From contig OZ242195.1 in the NCBI GenBank assembly GCA_965205975.1, forward strand, positions 4,192,001 through 4,256,000: a DNA stretch of 64,000 bases, read 5' to 3'. The stretch comes from Candidatus Latescibacterota bacterium (GTDB taxonomy: Bacteria; Latescibacterota; UBA2968). The notes under the pieces were generated by a model. It made no database searches, was not told where the DNA came from, and saw only the letters and a program-made list of their open reading frames with translations. This document shows, piece by piece, positions 1 through 8,550 of the stretch. Numbering within the stretch: position 1 is the first letter of the stretch; every line of letters begins with the position of its first letter. Position numbers and translations under genes: made by a program.

Positions 1-159
1 ATCCGTCTGGAGATTGAACGGACATTGGCCAATCGCGTGTGGGGCACTAATGGCAAAATTTTAGCGACGCTGAAGGGTGATAAGCAGTTTCAAGAGGCTG
101 TTCGTCTGTTAAAGGATCGGGCTGTTTACGCTCAAAAATTGGCGTTGGTGGAAGAGTGA
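1..159 (+). CDS. 3' end of a gene entering the window; probably a carboxyl-terminal processing protease (S41) C-terminus
   Basis: Frame 1 is open from base 1: IRLEIERTLANRVWGTNGKILATLKGDKQFQEAVRLLKDRAVYAQKLALVEE*. 'DKQFQEAVRLL' resembles S41 peptidase tails. Confidence 0.45.
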   Translation: MRLEIERTLANRVWGTNGKILATLKGDKQFQEAVRLLKDRAVYAQKLALVEE

Positions 160-177
160 GATATCGGGAAATATCTT

Positions 178-1473
178 ATGATGTCATTGCCCAACATTAT
201 TTTTATTCTCTGTGATGATATCGGCTATGGCGATCTAGGGTGTTATGGGCAAAAGGTTATTCCCACACCCCGATTGGACCAGCTTGCGTCGGAATCCATG
301 CGGTTCACGCAGTGTTATACCGGGTCTTCTATCTGCGCGCCATCTCGTGCGGTTTTAATGACGGGTTTGCACAGTGGACACACGAGGGTGCGCGACAATA
401 TGGGCATTGTGGGCGGTGTGGGAGAGCAGAAACGGGTGCCGCTTGAACCGGAGGATTTTACGGTCGCCGAGATGCTCAAGCAGGCGGGATATACCACTGG
501 TATAACCGGCAAATGGGGATTGGGTGAACCCGATACGACGGGTATTCCCACGCGCAAGGGATTTGATGAATGGTTTGGGTATCTCAACCAGCGCAACGCG
601 CATTCGTATTATCCGCCTTTTTTGTGGCACAATGAGGAGAAGGTCATTCTCAAAGGCAATCTGGACGGCCAGGAGAATGACTATTCTCACGATATGATTT
701 TTGACTTTGCCCGTGACTTCATTCGCGACAATAGCGATGGTCCGTTTTTTTTGTACCTGCCGTGGACATTGCCGCACGGGAGATATGAAATCCCCGATGC
801 GAGTGCCTGGGACGATAAGCCCTGGACAGATGATGAGAAAGTTTATGCGGCGATGATTACAAAAATTGATACGCAGGTTGGACAGATTGCGGATTTGTTG
901 CACGAACTGGAGATAAAGGATAATACACTTTTGTTTTTTGGTTCTGACCATGGGGCTGCACGCCGGTGGGAACCGTTTGGCAGTTGTGGTGCTTTGCGCG
1001 GGCAAAAAGGGACGATGTACGAAGGCGGTTTGCGCACGCCTATGATTGTGCATTGGCCGGCGCGCATTCCGGCAGGTACTGTGAGCGAACAGGTGTGGTA
1101 TTATGCCGATTTTATGCCTACGGTTGCAGACGTGATCGGTACAGATGCGCCAGAGAATATGGATGGCGTGAGCATATTGCCGACGCTTTTGGGCGAGTCA
1201 CAGGATATTGGAGAGCGCTTTTTGTACTGGGAGCGCTTTGGCGGGGGCTTCAAACAGGCTGTGCGCTGGAAGAATTGGAAGGCCGTGCGCAATCCGTCGC
1301 CCCGGTTGCTCGGCGAGCCGCTCGAGTTATACGGTCTGGACAGGGATATTGGCGAGGAAAACGATGTCGCAGCAGATCACCCGGATGTGATCGCTGAAAT
1401 TGAGAACTTCATGAAAGATGCGCGCACAGACTCCCCTAATTGGCCGATTGGCGTCAAGGGGTCTCATGGGTGA
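178..1473 (+). CDS. Arylsulfatase (Cys-type, formylglycine-dependent)
   Basis: PNIIFILCDDIGYGDLG start, CAPSR signature, GKWGLG, SDHG motifs. Confidence 0.93.
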   Translation: MMSLPNIIFILCDDIGYGDLGCYGQKVIPTPRLDQLASESMRFTQCYTGSSICAPSRAVLMTGLHSGHTRVRDNMGIVGGVGEQKRVPLEPEDFTVAEMLKQAGYTTGITGKWGLGEPDTTGIPTRKGFDEWFGYLNQRNAHSYYPPFLWHNEEKVILKGNLDGQENDYSHDMIFDFARDFIRDNSDGPFFLYLPWTLPHGRYEIPDASAWDDKPWTDDEKVYAAMITKIDTQVGQIADLLHELEIKDNTLLFFGSDHGAARRWEPFGSCGALRGQKGTMYEGGLRTPMIVHWPARIPAGTVSEQVWYYADFMPTVADVIGTDAPENMDGVSILPTLLGESQDIGERFLYWERFGGGFKQAVRWKNWKAVRNPSPRLLGEPLELYGLDRDIGEENDVAADHPDVIAEIENFMKDARTDSPNWPIGVKGSHG

Positions 1474-1497
1474 TTTCTTTATTCGGTTAAAAAAAAT

Positions 1498-1528
1498 AAA
1501 ACGCTCTGGTGTCATGCCAGAGCGTTTT
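1498..1528 (+). terminator. Intrinsic terminator (probably bidirectional) after the sulfatase
   Basis: 12-bp stem AAAACGCTCTGG/CCAGAGCGTTTT with A-rich and T-rich flanks. Confidence 0.8.
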
Positions 1529-1815
1529 GGTTTCGAGTTTGCAAAGTTGATGACGCAACGCTATTCGGTACGTGCCTTAATTTCCTTAATCACGTTTGCC
1601 CAGGCCATAAGGTACTCTTTATATGGATCCTTAGCGTAAGTTAGCCTACAAACTGGTTCAAATTTTGGGTCACAGATCCAATCTCTTCACCCCCATCAAG
1701 GAGATAGAGATAGCGTCCTTAAATTTCTGTAAAAAGAAAAAAAGTCACCGTAGCTCCGAGAAAAATCTTAAAATAGGGGTGAGTAGTAATATAAACCCTA
1801 ACCTTGGAGGCTACG

Positions 1816-1908
1816 ATGACTTACCCCAAAGATATAAAAATTGCCGCGCCAGAGCAATTTGCACTTTTGAATGACCCTGATTTTCTCAATCAGGCCATCA
1901 CCGGTCAA
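1816..1908 (+). pseudogene. 5' fragment of a small gene interrupted by the IS
   Basis: Strong RBS (GGAGG) and ATG at 1816; 31 codons (MTYPKDIK...AITGQ) run up to the IS inverted repeat. Confidence 0.55.
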
Positions 1909-3330
1909 GTCCTATATTTAGTTGAAATAATTGAGGCCGGTGTTTTCAATCCGCAGCAATTGCGTCTTGCCAGTCTGTATCGAGTTTCAAGTGCTTGTGC
2001 AGTGCGCGCCTGAGCCTGGGTAGGCTTTTGTAGCCTTTGACCCTTCGCAATCGGGGTTCAATGTCCAGCAGAGCGGTGGCTAACCATCTCCTGCGTTGAT
2101 TCGAGTTTGTCCATCTCTTCACATTTCGTGTGATTTGTGCGACCATTGAGTTTATGGACTCAATGCAGTTTGTCGTACGAAAGGACTGCTTCAAGTGCGG
2201 CATCAGTCCGAGGCGATGCAAGGAAAGGGTTTCTTCTATTCCTTCTTCAAGGCTGGAGAGCGCGTCTTCGTTGATCAAGGCCAATTCCGCTTTGAGGGAT
2301 AAGAGTGCCATTTTAGCATCTTTGTAGGTGGGCTGGTCGTAGGCATTTTGTAGGGCCTTTTTGATCTGATCCTGTTTATTTTTAGGCAGATAGGAAAGCA
2401 CGTTCTCTCTCTTGTGCCACTGACAACGTTGGATGACCACGTAACCGTCCAATGCCTTTGTAAGGGCAGCATACAAGCCTTTTGAGCCGTCAATAAGACA
2501 CAGCAGGCCCTTGTGATAGACCAAGCCACGATTGATGAGAGACTGTATAAACTGCCGACAGACGCGTTCGTTCTCAGTGGCAGCCTGGACAAAGCCTATT
2601 GGGATTTTGTGCCCTTCTATCGTCACGCCCAGAGCAATGATCATCTCTTGGTCTGCAAAGGTCTTGCCATCTATAAAGAGGGCAACCAAGTCATACGGCG
2701 CTAAAGAGCGTTCACGGAACTGCTTCAGCTTTTGTGCCGACGCCTTGATAAAACGTCTCGATACCGTTGATGAGGACAGCCCAAAGGCTTTCGGGATCGC
2801 CTCAGCGCAGGCTTGATAAGACCGAGTCGCAATGCCTTTGATCACGCGAAGGAGCAGCCCTTCATCCATACGTCTGGGAACTTGGAGGTGATGATAGGTC
2901 TCAAGGCAGACTTCCTCATCCCTCTCCACATTACGTACCCTCGGTACAGAGATCGGCACTTTTTGATCGGCCAGATACACAGACCCTTGTTGACTGCCCC
3001 ACCGACGATTGGGGTTTTCGGTGTCTTTGCGACTGTATCTGTCCCCGGCCAAGCGGCTCACTTCCTCCTGCAATTCTTCTGCCACGGCGTCTAATCCTAA
3101 TGGGATCAAGGCCTGGATCAGCGCGATGCGGGTATCCAGTGCGCCCAGTTCCTCTTCAACGGGTGTATCAAACGTTGCATCGCCTTTGTGGATTGCCTTG
3201 ACTTTGGGGGCTTTGTGCGATACTTTTTTCATCACGGGCTCCTTTGGTTGTGGACACAGCGTTTTCACGGTTTGAATCTGCTGTCTCCAATTTACATTGG
3301 AGCCTCTACTATTTCAACTAATATAAGGAC
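1909..3330 (-). mobile_element. IS256-family-like insertion sequence, 1422 bp
   Basis: Imperfect ~29-bp terminal inverted repeats GTCCTATATTTAGTTGAAATAATTGAGGC (1909-1937) and GCCTCTACTATTTCAACTAATATAAGGAC (3302-3330) bracket a Mutator-type transposase. Confidence 0.88.
1946..3232 (-). CDS. IS256/Mutator-family DDE transposase
   Basis: LFIDG, LIDGSKGL, QRCQWHK, RTTNCIESINS motifs; RBS AAGGAG before the ATG at 3232. Confidence 0.92.
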   Translation of the reverse strand: MKKVSHKAPKVKAIHKGDATFDTPVEEELGALDTRIALIQALIPLGLDAVAEELQEEVSRLAGDRYSRKDTENPNRRWGSQQGSVYLADQKVPISVPRVRNVERDEEVCLETYHHLQVPRRMDEGLLLRVIKGIATRSYQACAEAIPKAFGLSSSTVSRRFIKASAQKLKQFRERSLAPYDLVALFIDGKTFADQEMIIALGVTIEGHKIPIGFVQAATENERVCRQFIQSLINRGLVYHKGLLCLIDGSKGLYAALTKALDGYVVIQRCQWHKRENVLSYLPKNKQDQIKKALQNAYDQPTYKDAKMALLSLKAELALINEDALSSLEEGIEETLSLHRLGLMPHLKQSFRTTNCIESINSMVAQITRNVKRWTNSNQRRRWLATALLDIEPRLRRVKGYKSLPRLRRALHKHLKLDTDWQDAIAAD

Positions 3331-3342
3331 AACACCCTTGTA

Positions 3343-3591
3343 ATGGCGACATATCCAGAGATTGTAGAATGGGTCTATCAGAAGTATGGGCTGAAGATAC
3401 ACAAACCTTGCTACATTGCCCATTGTAAGGAATTGGCTGGTCTCAATCCGAGCAGGGCGCCGAATCGTAAGGGAAACGGGAGGGTTTACCATTGTCCAGA
3501 TAAGTTGCGCGAGCCGATCTTTCAGGCGTTCAAACACTTTGGGATGATTCCTGATGACACGCAAATCCGCTTGCCTTTGGGTGATGATTGA
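3343..3591 (+). CDS. Small hypothetical protein (ATYxxI...YIAHCK...CP...AFKHFGMI type)
   Basis: 82-aa ORF resembling a small domain I recall as stand-alone or appended to RNA methyltransferases in mobile regions; function unknown. Confidence 0.65.
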   Translation: MATYPEIVEWVYQKYGLKIHKPCYIAHCKELAGLNPSRAPNRKGNGRVYHCPDKLREPIFQAFKHFGMIPDDTQIRLPLGDD

Positions 3592-3627
3592 TACGAGCCA
3601 TTTCACAATCAATATTGTATATAATCC

Positions 3628-3703
3628 CAAAAATAATTTGACATTGCTGCCTACATAGGATAATTTGTTTATTAACAGGACCCATCGAACCGTCGCCCGT
3701 ATA
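3628..3703 (+). repeat. Copy 1 of a ~76-bp direct repeat containing a sigma70-like promoter
   Basis: CAAAAATA..TTGACATTGCTGCCTACATAGGATAATTTGTTTATTAA..GACCCATCGAACCGTCGC recurs at 5003-5079; TTGACA (3638-3643)-17 bp-TAATTT. Confidence 0.85.
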
Positions 3704-3766
3704 GGGAATTAACGTGTGTTCGATTATTTTTACCCCCAGGGACGCCAAGTGCGTCCCTGTTTTTTT
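3673..3766 (+). ncRNA. Putative structured leader/small RNA upstream of the NYN gene
   Basis: Hairpin ATCGAAC(3684-3690)/GTTCGAT(3718-3724) enclosing CGT/ACG and CCC/GGG pairs, followed by a terminator. The 5' end is estimated from the promoter. Confidence 0.45.
3737..3766 (+). terminator. Intrinsic terminator between the promoter and the NYN start codon
   Basis: Perfect 9-bp stem CAGGGACGC/GCGTCCCTG, 5-nt loop, 7 T, immediately followed by RBS GGAG and ATG 3777. Confidence 0.85.
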
Positions 3767-3776
3767 GGAGAATACT

Positions 3777-4406
3777 ATGTCAGAAGACAGTTTAGCCGCC
3801 CCTCCACGCTACCGAGTAAGGGTATTCGTGGACTTTTGGAACTTCACGCTTTCGATGCGAGACATAGAGCAAGACTTCAGTACTGACTGGAAAAAGCTTG
3901 GCCCCGTGCTAACTCGTGTAGCTACGGAAACCGTCAGCGATGAGGTAATCGGCGAATATCAGGGTCTGAATTTTTACGGCTCTTACGATCCAGCAAGTGA
4001 GAATGATAAGAAAATGTACCAGTGGGTGACAACTGTCGTAAGTACGTTTCCGGGAGTCAATGTTTCGATCGTTCCAAGACAGAAGAGACGTTCTTTGCCA
4101 AAATGCCCAATTTGCTACAATGAAATTGCGACATGCCCATCTTGCAACGCTGACATGAGAGGCACGGAAGAAAAGGGCATAGATGTGCGTATGGCTACGG
4201 CGATGATAAGCCTTGCTTGGGAGGACAATTACGATATTGCTGTACTGATTTCGTCAGATAGGGATTTCGTGCCGGTGGCTGAATTTCTGGAAACGAAAGG
4301 TATCAAGGTCGTACATGGCGCGTTTCCGCGAAAAAGTGCCCAACTTACCCAAAAATGCTGGGCCAGTATTAATCTTGCCGATATTCGGGAGGAATTCCGT
4401 TATTGA
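3777..4406 (+). CDS. NYN domain (LabA/DUF88, PIN-fold) ribonuclease with inserted zinc ribbon
   Basis: VFVDFWNF, EEKGIDVRMA, LISSDRDFVP acidic motifs; CPIC...CPSC. Confidence 0.88.
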   Translation: MSEDSLAAPPRYRVRVFVDFWNFTLSMRDIEQDFSTDWKKLGPVLTRVATETVSDEVIGEYQGLNFYGSYDPASENDKKMYQWVTTVVSTFPGVNVSIVPRQKRRSLPKCPICYNEIATCPSCNADMRGTEEKGIDVRMATAMISLAWEDNYDIAVLISSDRDFVPVAEFLETKGIKVVHGAFPRKSAQLTQKCWASINLADIREEFRY

Positions 4407-4467
4407 AGGAGCGTGTTTTATGAAAGCCTCTATTCCCTTGAATACGCCTGCAAGGGTCTGTCTCTGC

Positions 4468-4485
4468 TAATAAGAGACGCATCAT
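4468..4485 (-). pseudogene. Stub of a VapC/PIN toxin gene (MMRLLL)
   Basis: ATG overlaps the antitoxin TGA (ATGA). MMRLLL matches VapC starts (MRLLLDTH), then similarity stops. Confidence 0.45.
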
Positions 4486-4667
4486 ATATATTCCCGAAAA
4501 TCTTCGAGTGGTTCGTCAAAATCATCGCTTATATGAACAAGTCCTTTGGCACTTCCAGGTCGCCGTCGCCCTTTCGTTGGAACTTCGCTCATGCTCGAAT
4601 AACTCGTCTTCATACTTGCAGGAACTGCTGGCGCAGGCGTACACCGTTCATTCGCTTTCATATCCAT
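4482..4667 (-). CDS. DUF2281-like / VapB-type antitoxin (N-terminus possibly degenerate)
   Basis: C-terminal RRPGSAKGLVHISDDFDEPLEDFREY motif is typical of this antitoxin family. Confidence 0.7.
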   Translation of the reverse strand: MDMKANERCTPAPAVPASMKTSYSSMSEVPTKGRRRPGSAKGLVHISDDFDEPLEDFREYI

Positions 4668-4684
4668 CGGCCTTCATACTGGGG

Positions 4685-4894
4685 TTATGTTTCATAGACT
4701 GCCGCTCGATCATATCCGCCAATCAGGTGGGACTTATGCGTCGCAAACACGATTTCTTTGTCTTTGCGTGCCTTTCTGTGCTGGGTCTGTTCCCGCAAAC
4801 TATCAACCATCTTCTGTAGCCAGATGGTATATTCATCGGGTAAGCCTCGCACATCAAGTGTATCCATCATTTTCTCCTTTGGAAATGATTGCAC
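4685..4894 (-). CDS. Small antitoxin-like hypothetical protein
   Basis: ~60-69 aa, LDVRGLPDE start, DRAAVYE end; RBS AAGGAG before MMDTL, so the true start is probably ~4870. Confidence 0.55.
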   Translation of the reverse strand: MQSFPKEKMMDTLDVRGLPDEYTIWLQKMVDSLREQTQHRKARKDKEIVFATHKSHLIGGYDRAAVYET

Positions 4895-4918
4895 AGGGCA
4901 TGGACCGCTTATCTATCG

Positions 4919-4947
4919 AAATTACTATACCCAACAATAAAAGTCAA
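4919..4947 (-). promoter_or_regulatory. Sigma70-like promoter for the antitoxin-like genes
   Basis: Minus strand TTGACT-17 bp-TAATTT. Confidence 0.55.
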
Positions 4948-5002
4948 CTAACAGCCCATCAAGGAGCGAGCATAATTGTAATTCGGAATTCGGCAACAGC
5001 GT

Positions 5003-5079
5003 CAAAAATAGGTTGACATTGCTGCCTATATAGGACAATTTGTTTATTAAACATGACCCATTGAACCGTCGCGTGTATA
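5003..5079 (+). repeat. Copy 2 of the ~76-bp promoter/leader repeat (lacks the 3' hairpin arm and terminator)
   Basis: Aligns with 3628-3703 with scattered mismatches. Confidence 0.85.
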
Positions 5080-5338
5080 AGTCCTTACGTTATCCCTTGA
5101 GATCGCATAATTATTCCACTGCAGAGGAGGTTATGACCTGGCTGCTATGGTGAATCCACCAGAGGAAAATACGGTTTCTCGGTTGGTTTATTATTCGTGG
5201 AGAACTCGATTTGCAGAGAGAAGACCTGGAGGCTTATTGGAGCCCCAGCGAAGAACCTGATCTCGTTCCAGAAAAAGAAGAATATATAATGCTTTATGTT
5301 GTTGTGCCTCTCCAATATAATATTAAAAAGGTGAATCT

Positions 5339-5662
5339 ATGTCGATCCAGGTTTTTGCAATTATCCCTTTAGATCCGGGACCCGATGATGAATATATCCG
5401 AAACAAACTTGAAGAACTCGAATGTGGTTTTTTTCTCAACGAAGCCCCCAATGTTTATCTGGTCTCTTACAAGGGAACGTGTCGGGAGCTAACAAAAGAT
5501 CTTGGATATTACGATAATACAGAGATTCCGGGCAAGGTGCTTGTACTTAGAGTTACCAGTTATAGCGGCTATGCCCACAGGGAACTTTGGGATTGGATAA
5601 GCCTTCACCAGGATGTAAAACAAACCCTTGATAATTGGAGAAAAGAAGGATATGCAAGGTAA
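5339..5662 (+). CDS. Hypothetical protein, possibly small ferredoxin-like (Cas2-like) fold
   Basis: 107 aa, AT-rich; VYLVSY...VLVLRVTSYSG...LWDWI pattern. Confidence 0.55.
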   Translation: MSIQVFAIIPLDPGPDDEYIRNKLEELECGFFLNEAPNVYLVSYKGTCRELTKDLGYYDNTEIPGKVLVLRVTSYSGYAHRELWDWISLHQDVKQTLDNWRKEGYAR

Positions 5663-5987
5663 CGACGAAAGAATGCAACCACCACCACCTAACATTCGTC
5701 CTTATCCAGGTATCACGCCTGTCAACTCATACGACGATCAAATTGTGGCGGAAAATACAAAACCGAAGCGGGATTGGATTCCGCACTTGACCATATTACT
5801 TGTTGTTGCTGCTTTTTTTACAATAATTTGGATCAGCCTAACGTCTCGATTTGACAACATATATATTGATATAAGAGAATTGCGAACAGACGTAAAAAAA
5901 ATGGATTCTCGTCTTGATGCAATCGAAAAAGATATTGCAATTATAAAAACAAAACTCAACCCTGTTCAACCAACTTCCAGTCAGTAA
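5652..5987 (+). CDS. Hypothetical membrane protein with one TM helix and a coiled-coil tail
   Basis: Hydrophobic LTILLVVAAFFTIIWISL followed by heptads IRELRTDVKKMDSRLDAIEKDIAIIK; RBS GAAGGA. Confidence 0.65.
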   Translation: MQGNDERMQPPPPNIRPYPGITPVNSYDDQIVAENTKPKRDWIPHLTILLVVAAFFTIIWISLTSRFDNIYIDIRELRTDVKKMDSRLDAIEKDIAIIKTKLNPVQPTSSQ

Positions 5988-6087
5988 TCTGACTGGCCTT
6001 GTGTTCTCCAAATTATCCCATACGGAACATATTCCCCTTCGTTTCGCACGGCCTCGGTTTCGGCACTATCCTGCATAATCCCCTTTT

Positions 6088-7320
6088 TTAGATCAAAATA
6101 CCAGCAATACAGGCGGTCATCATCATCGCAAGTGTGCCGCCGATCATGGCGCGTATGCCGAGGATGGCTAATTCTGTGCGGCGTTCTGGGGCAATGCCGC
6201 CAATGCCGCCGATTTGGATGCCCACGCTGCCAAAGTTGGCAAAGCCGCACAATGCGTAAGTCAGGATCAAGGTGCTTCGCTCGCTCAAGACCACGCCGGA
6301 ATCGGGCTGGGACCATTCCATCATTTGTGCATAGGCGATAAATTCGTTGAGTACCATCTTCTTGCCCAGTAATTCTCCAGCATAAAAGCAATCGGCCCAG
6401 GGGATGCCCAGCAGGTAGGCGAATGGTGCAAAGACATAACCGAAAAGTGCGGCGAGGGACCAGTGCCAATTGTATCCAAGGAGCGCGCCAATCCACCCAC
6501 CAACCAGACCCAGAGCAGCATCGACCAGTGCGACGAGGGCGAGGAAAGCGATGAGCATTGCGACGACGTTGAGGGTTAGTTTCATGCCGTCTAATGCCCC
6601 GTTGGTCGCTGCATCTACGATATTGGCGTGTTTTTCATCCACACTTAATTCAACATGTCCCCTGGTCACGGATTGCTCGGTTTCGGGAATCATCAGTTTG
6701 GAAATCAATAGTGCTGCAGGTGCGGAAATGACCGACGCGGCTACGAGGTGTCCCGCGTCTATGCCCATGCCCACATAGGCGACCAGGACGCCCCCGGCAA
6801 TGGTTGCAAAGCCACCGACCATCAATGCCATGAGTTCCGATTTTGTCATGCTGCTTATGTATGGGCGCACCATTAGCGGGGCTTCAGTTTGCCCGACAAA
6901 AATATTGGCTGCGGCTGCGAGTGTTTCCGATCCGGAAGTGCCCAATGTGCGTTGCATGACCCATGCAAATGCTTCAACGACTTTTTGAATGATGCCGAGG
7001 TAATACAGGATTGACATCAATGAAGAAAAGAAGATGATGGTGGGCAATACTTTGAAGGCGAAGAAGTGGTGGACGTATTCTTCTCCAAATACCAGGCTTG
7101 TGCCCGCATCGACAAAGCCCAATGTGGCGGTAAAAAAATCTCCGATGCTTTGAAATATGGCAGCACCGATTGATGTCTTTAGAATGAATAACGCGAGGAC
7201 AAGTTGCAACAACAGCCCACCCCATACCACGCGAAGGTTCACCTGCTTTTTGTGCTCACTCATCGCCCAGGCCAAGGCCATCATGACCACCAGACCCAGC
7301 AGGCTGATTACGCGCTCCAT
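6088..7320 (-). CDS. Concentrative nucleoside transporter (NupC/CNT family)
   Basis: FAFKVLPTIIFFSS, NIFVGQTEAPL, NEFIAY, YALCGFANFGS motifs. Confidence 0.95.
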   Translation of the reverse strand: MERVISLLGLVVMMALAWAMSEHKKQVNLRVVWGGLLLQLVLALFILKTSIGAAIFQSIGDFFTATLGFVDAGTSLVFGEEYVHHFFAFKVLPTIIFFSSLMSILYYLGIIQKVVEAFAWVMQRTLGTSGSETLAAAANIFVGQTEAPLMVRPYISSMTKSELMALMVGGFATIAGGVLVAYVGMGIDAGHLVAASVISAPAALLISKLMIPETEQSVTRGHVELSVDEKHANIVDAATNGALDGMKLTLNVVAMLIAFLALVALVDAALGLVGGWIGALLGYNWHWSLAALFGYVFAPFAYLLGIPWADCFYAGELLGKKMVLNEFIAYAQMMEWSQPDSGVVLSERSTLILTYALCGFANFGSVGIQIGGIGGIAPERRTELAILGIRAMIGGTLAMMMTACIAGILI

Positions 7321-7372
7321 ATACCCTCCTTTAACGGTTGCCGATGTGTATGAATGCTTTTAAATTGATTCG

Positions 7373-7423
7373 TTGCTTTTAATATAAGACGATAAAATAG
7401 TTCACAATGCTTTTTTTCATTGA
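7373..7423 (+). pseudogene. Decayed 3' remnant of the toxin-like partner of DUF2283
   Basis: Reads LLLI*DDKIVHNAFFH*, resembling the ..LEDGETVHNAFFDR tail that I recall for genes upstream of DUF2283. Confidence 0.5.
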
Positions 7424-7434
7424 GATAATGAGAT

Positions 7435-7632
7435 ATGAAAGTACGATACTTTTCCGATACCGATACGGCACTGGTTGAATTTGTAAATAGAAAAATTTTT
7501 GAGACCAGAGAAATCAATGAAAACATCTATATCGATCTCGATGAAGAGGGCAATCTGGTAAGTATGACAATTGAGCACGCCAAAGCCAATGCAGGGCTCC
7601 GAGAATTTTCATATCAGGAAGTGACCGCATAA
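7435..7632 (+). CDS. DUF2283 family protein (putative antitoxin)
   Basis: MKVRYFSDTDTALVEF...IDLDEEGNLVSMTIEHA. Confidence 0.85.
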   Translation: MKVRYFSDTDTALVEFVNRKIFETREINENIYIDLDEEGNLVSMTIEHAKANAGLREFSYQEVTA

Positions 7633-7674
7633 CCATTTTTTGTTTCTTACAACTTTTTATGAAAGGTTGACACA

Positions 7675-8547
7675 ATGGGTATTGAAGTTATTCGGGATGA
7701 GATGGCCGATCTGGTCGATCCCGAGGCAGAACCAGAATTGGTTGCAGATGGGTTTCAGTTCACCGAAGGCCCGGTCTGGGATCCGGCACAAGTCTGTTTG
7801 TTTTTTTCGGATATTCCGGCAAATACCATTTTTAAGTGGACGCCAGAAGGGGGTGTGGTCGCCTATCGCCAACCGAGTTATCATTCAAATGGATTGACAT
7901 TGGATGGACTGGGGCGGCTTCTTTCGTGCGAACACTCTGGCCGGCGGGTGAGCATTGAGGCGGATGGCGAATTGAAGACGGTGGTGGATTCTTTTCAGGG
8001 CAAAAAGCTCAATTCGCCCAATGATCTGGTTGTCTGTCAGAATGGAGACATCATTTTTACGGATCCACCTTATGGTCTATCGGGTAGGCACGGTGTGCCG
8101 GGAGAACAGGAATTGCCATTCCTGGGGGTGTATCGCCTGCCTGCAGGCGAATCAGAACCCGTTCTTTTGATTGATGATTTTGAACGCCCCAATGGGTTGG
8201 CGATAACAGCCGATGAAAAGACCCTGTACGTTGATGACACGCATCGGGGACATATTCGCGCATTTGATGTGCAGGATGATGGCTCTCTCGCAAATGGCAG
8301 GGTATTGGCAGAACTCAAAGGCGATGAAGATGGGGCACCCGATGGCATGAAGCTGGATCGCAATGGGAATATTTATTGTACGGGACCGGGTGCTGTGTGG
8401 GTGTTTAATCCTGCGGGCGATCTCCTCGGAAAAATTAGACTGCCTCTTCCCGCTGCCAATTTGAACTGGGGCGGCGAAGACCGGAAGACGTTGTTTTTTA
8501 CCGCGAGAACAGATGTTTATCGCGTGGCGTGCAAAGTGGGAGGATAG
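7675..8547 (+). CDS. SMP-30/gluconolactonase family protein
   Basis: FTEGPVW, LNSPNDL, RPNGLA, PDGMKLD motifs. Confidence 0.93.
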   Translation: MGIEVIRDEMADLVDPEAEPELVADGFQFTEGPVWDPAQVCLFFSDIPANTIFKWTPEGGVVAYRQPSYHSNGLTLDGLGRLLSCEHSGRRVSIEADGELKTVVDSFQGKKLNSPNDLVVCQNGDIIFTDPPYGLSGRHGVPGEQELPFLGVYRLPAGESEPVLLIDDFERPNGLAITADEKTLYVDDTHRGHIRAFDVQDDGSLANGRVLAELKGDEDGAPDGMKLDRNGNIYCTGPGAVWVFNPAGDLLGKIRLPLPAANLNWGGEDRKTLFFTARTDVYRVACKVGG

Positions 8548-8550
8548 AAA

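Noticed and set aside
1561..1690. Minus-strand open stretch RDWICDPKFEPV..IKARTE*
   Set aside because: No convincing start or RBS and no recognisable family; may be a gene fragment but cannot be supported.
5339..5662. Cas2 indicating a CRISPR locus
   Set aside because: Only a weak fold-level resemblance; no cas1 or array nearby.
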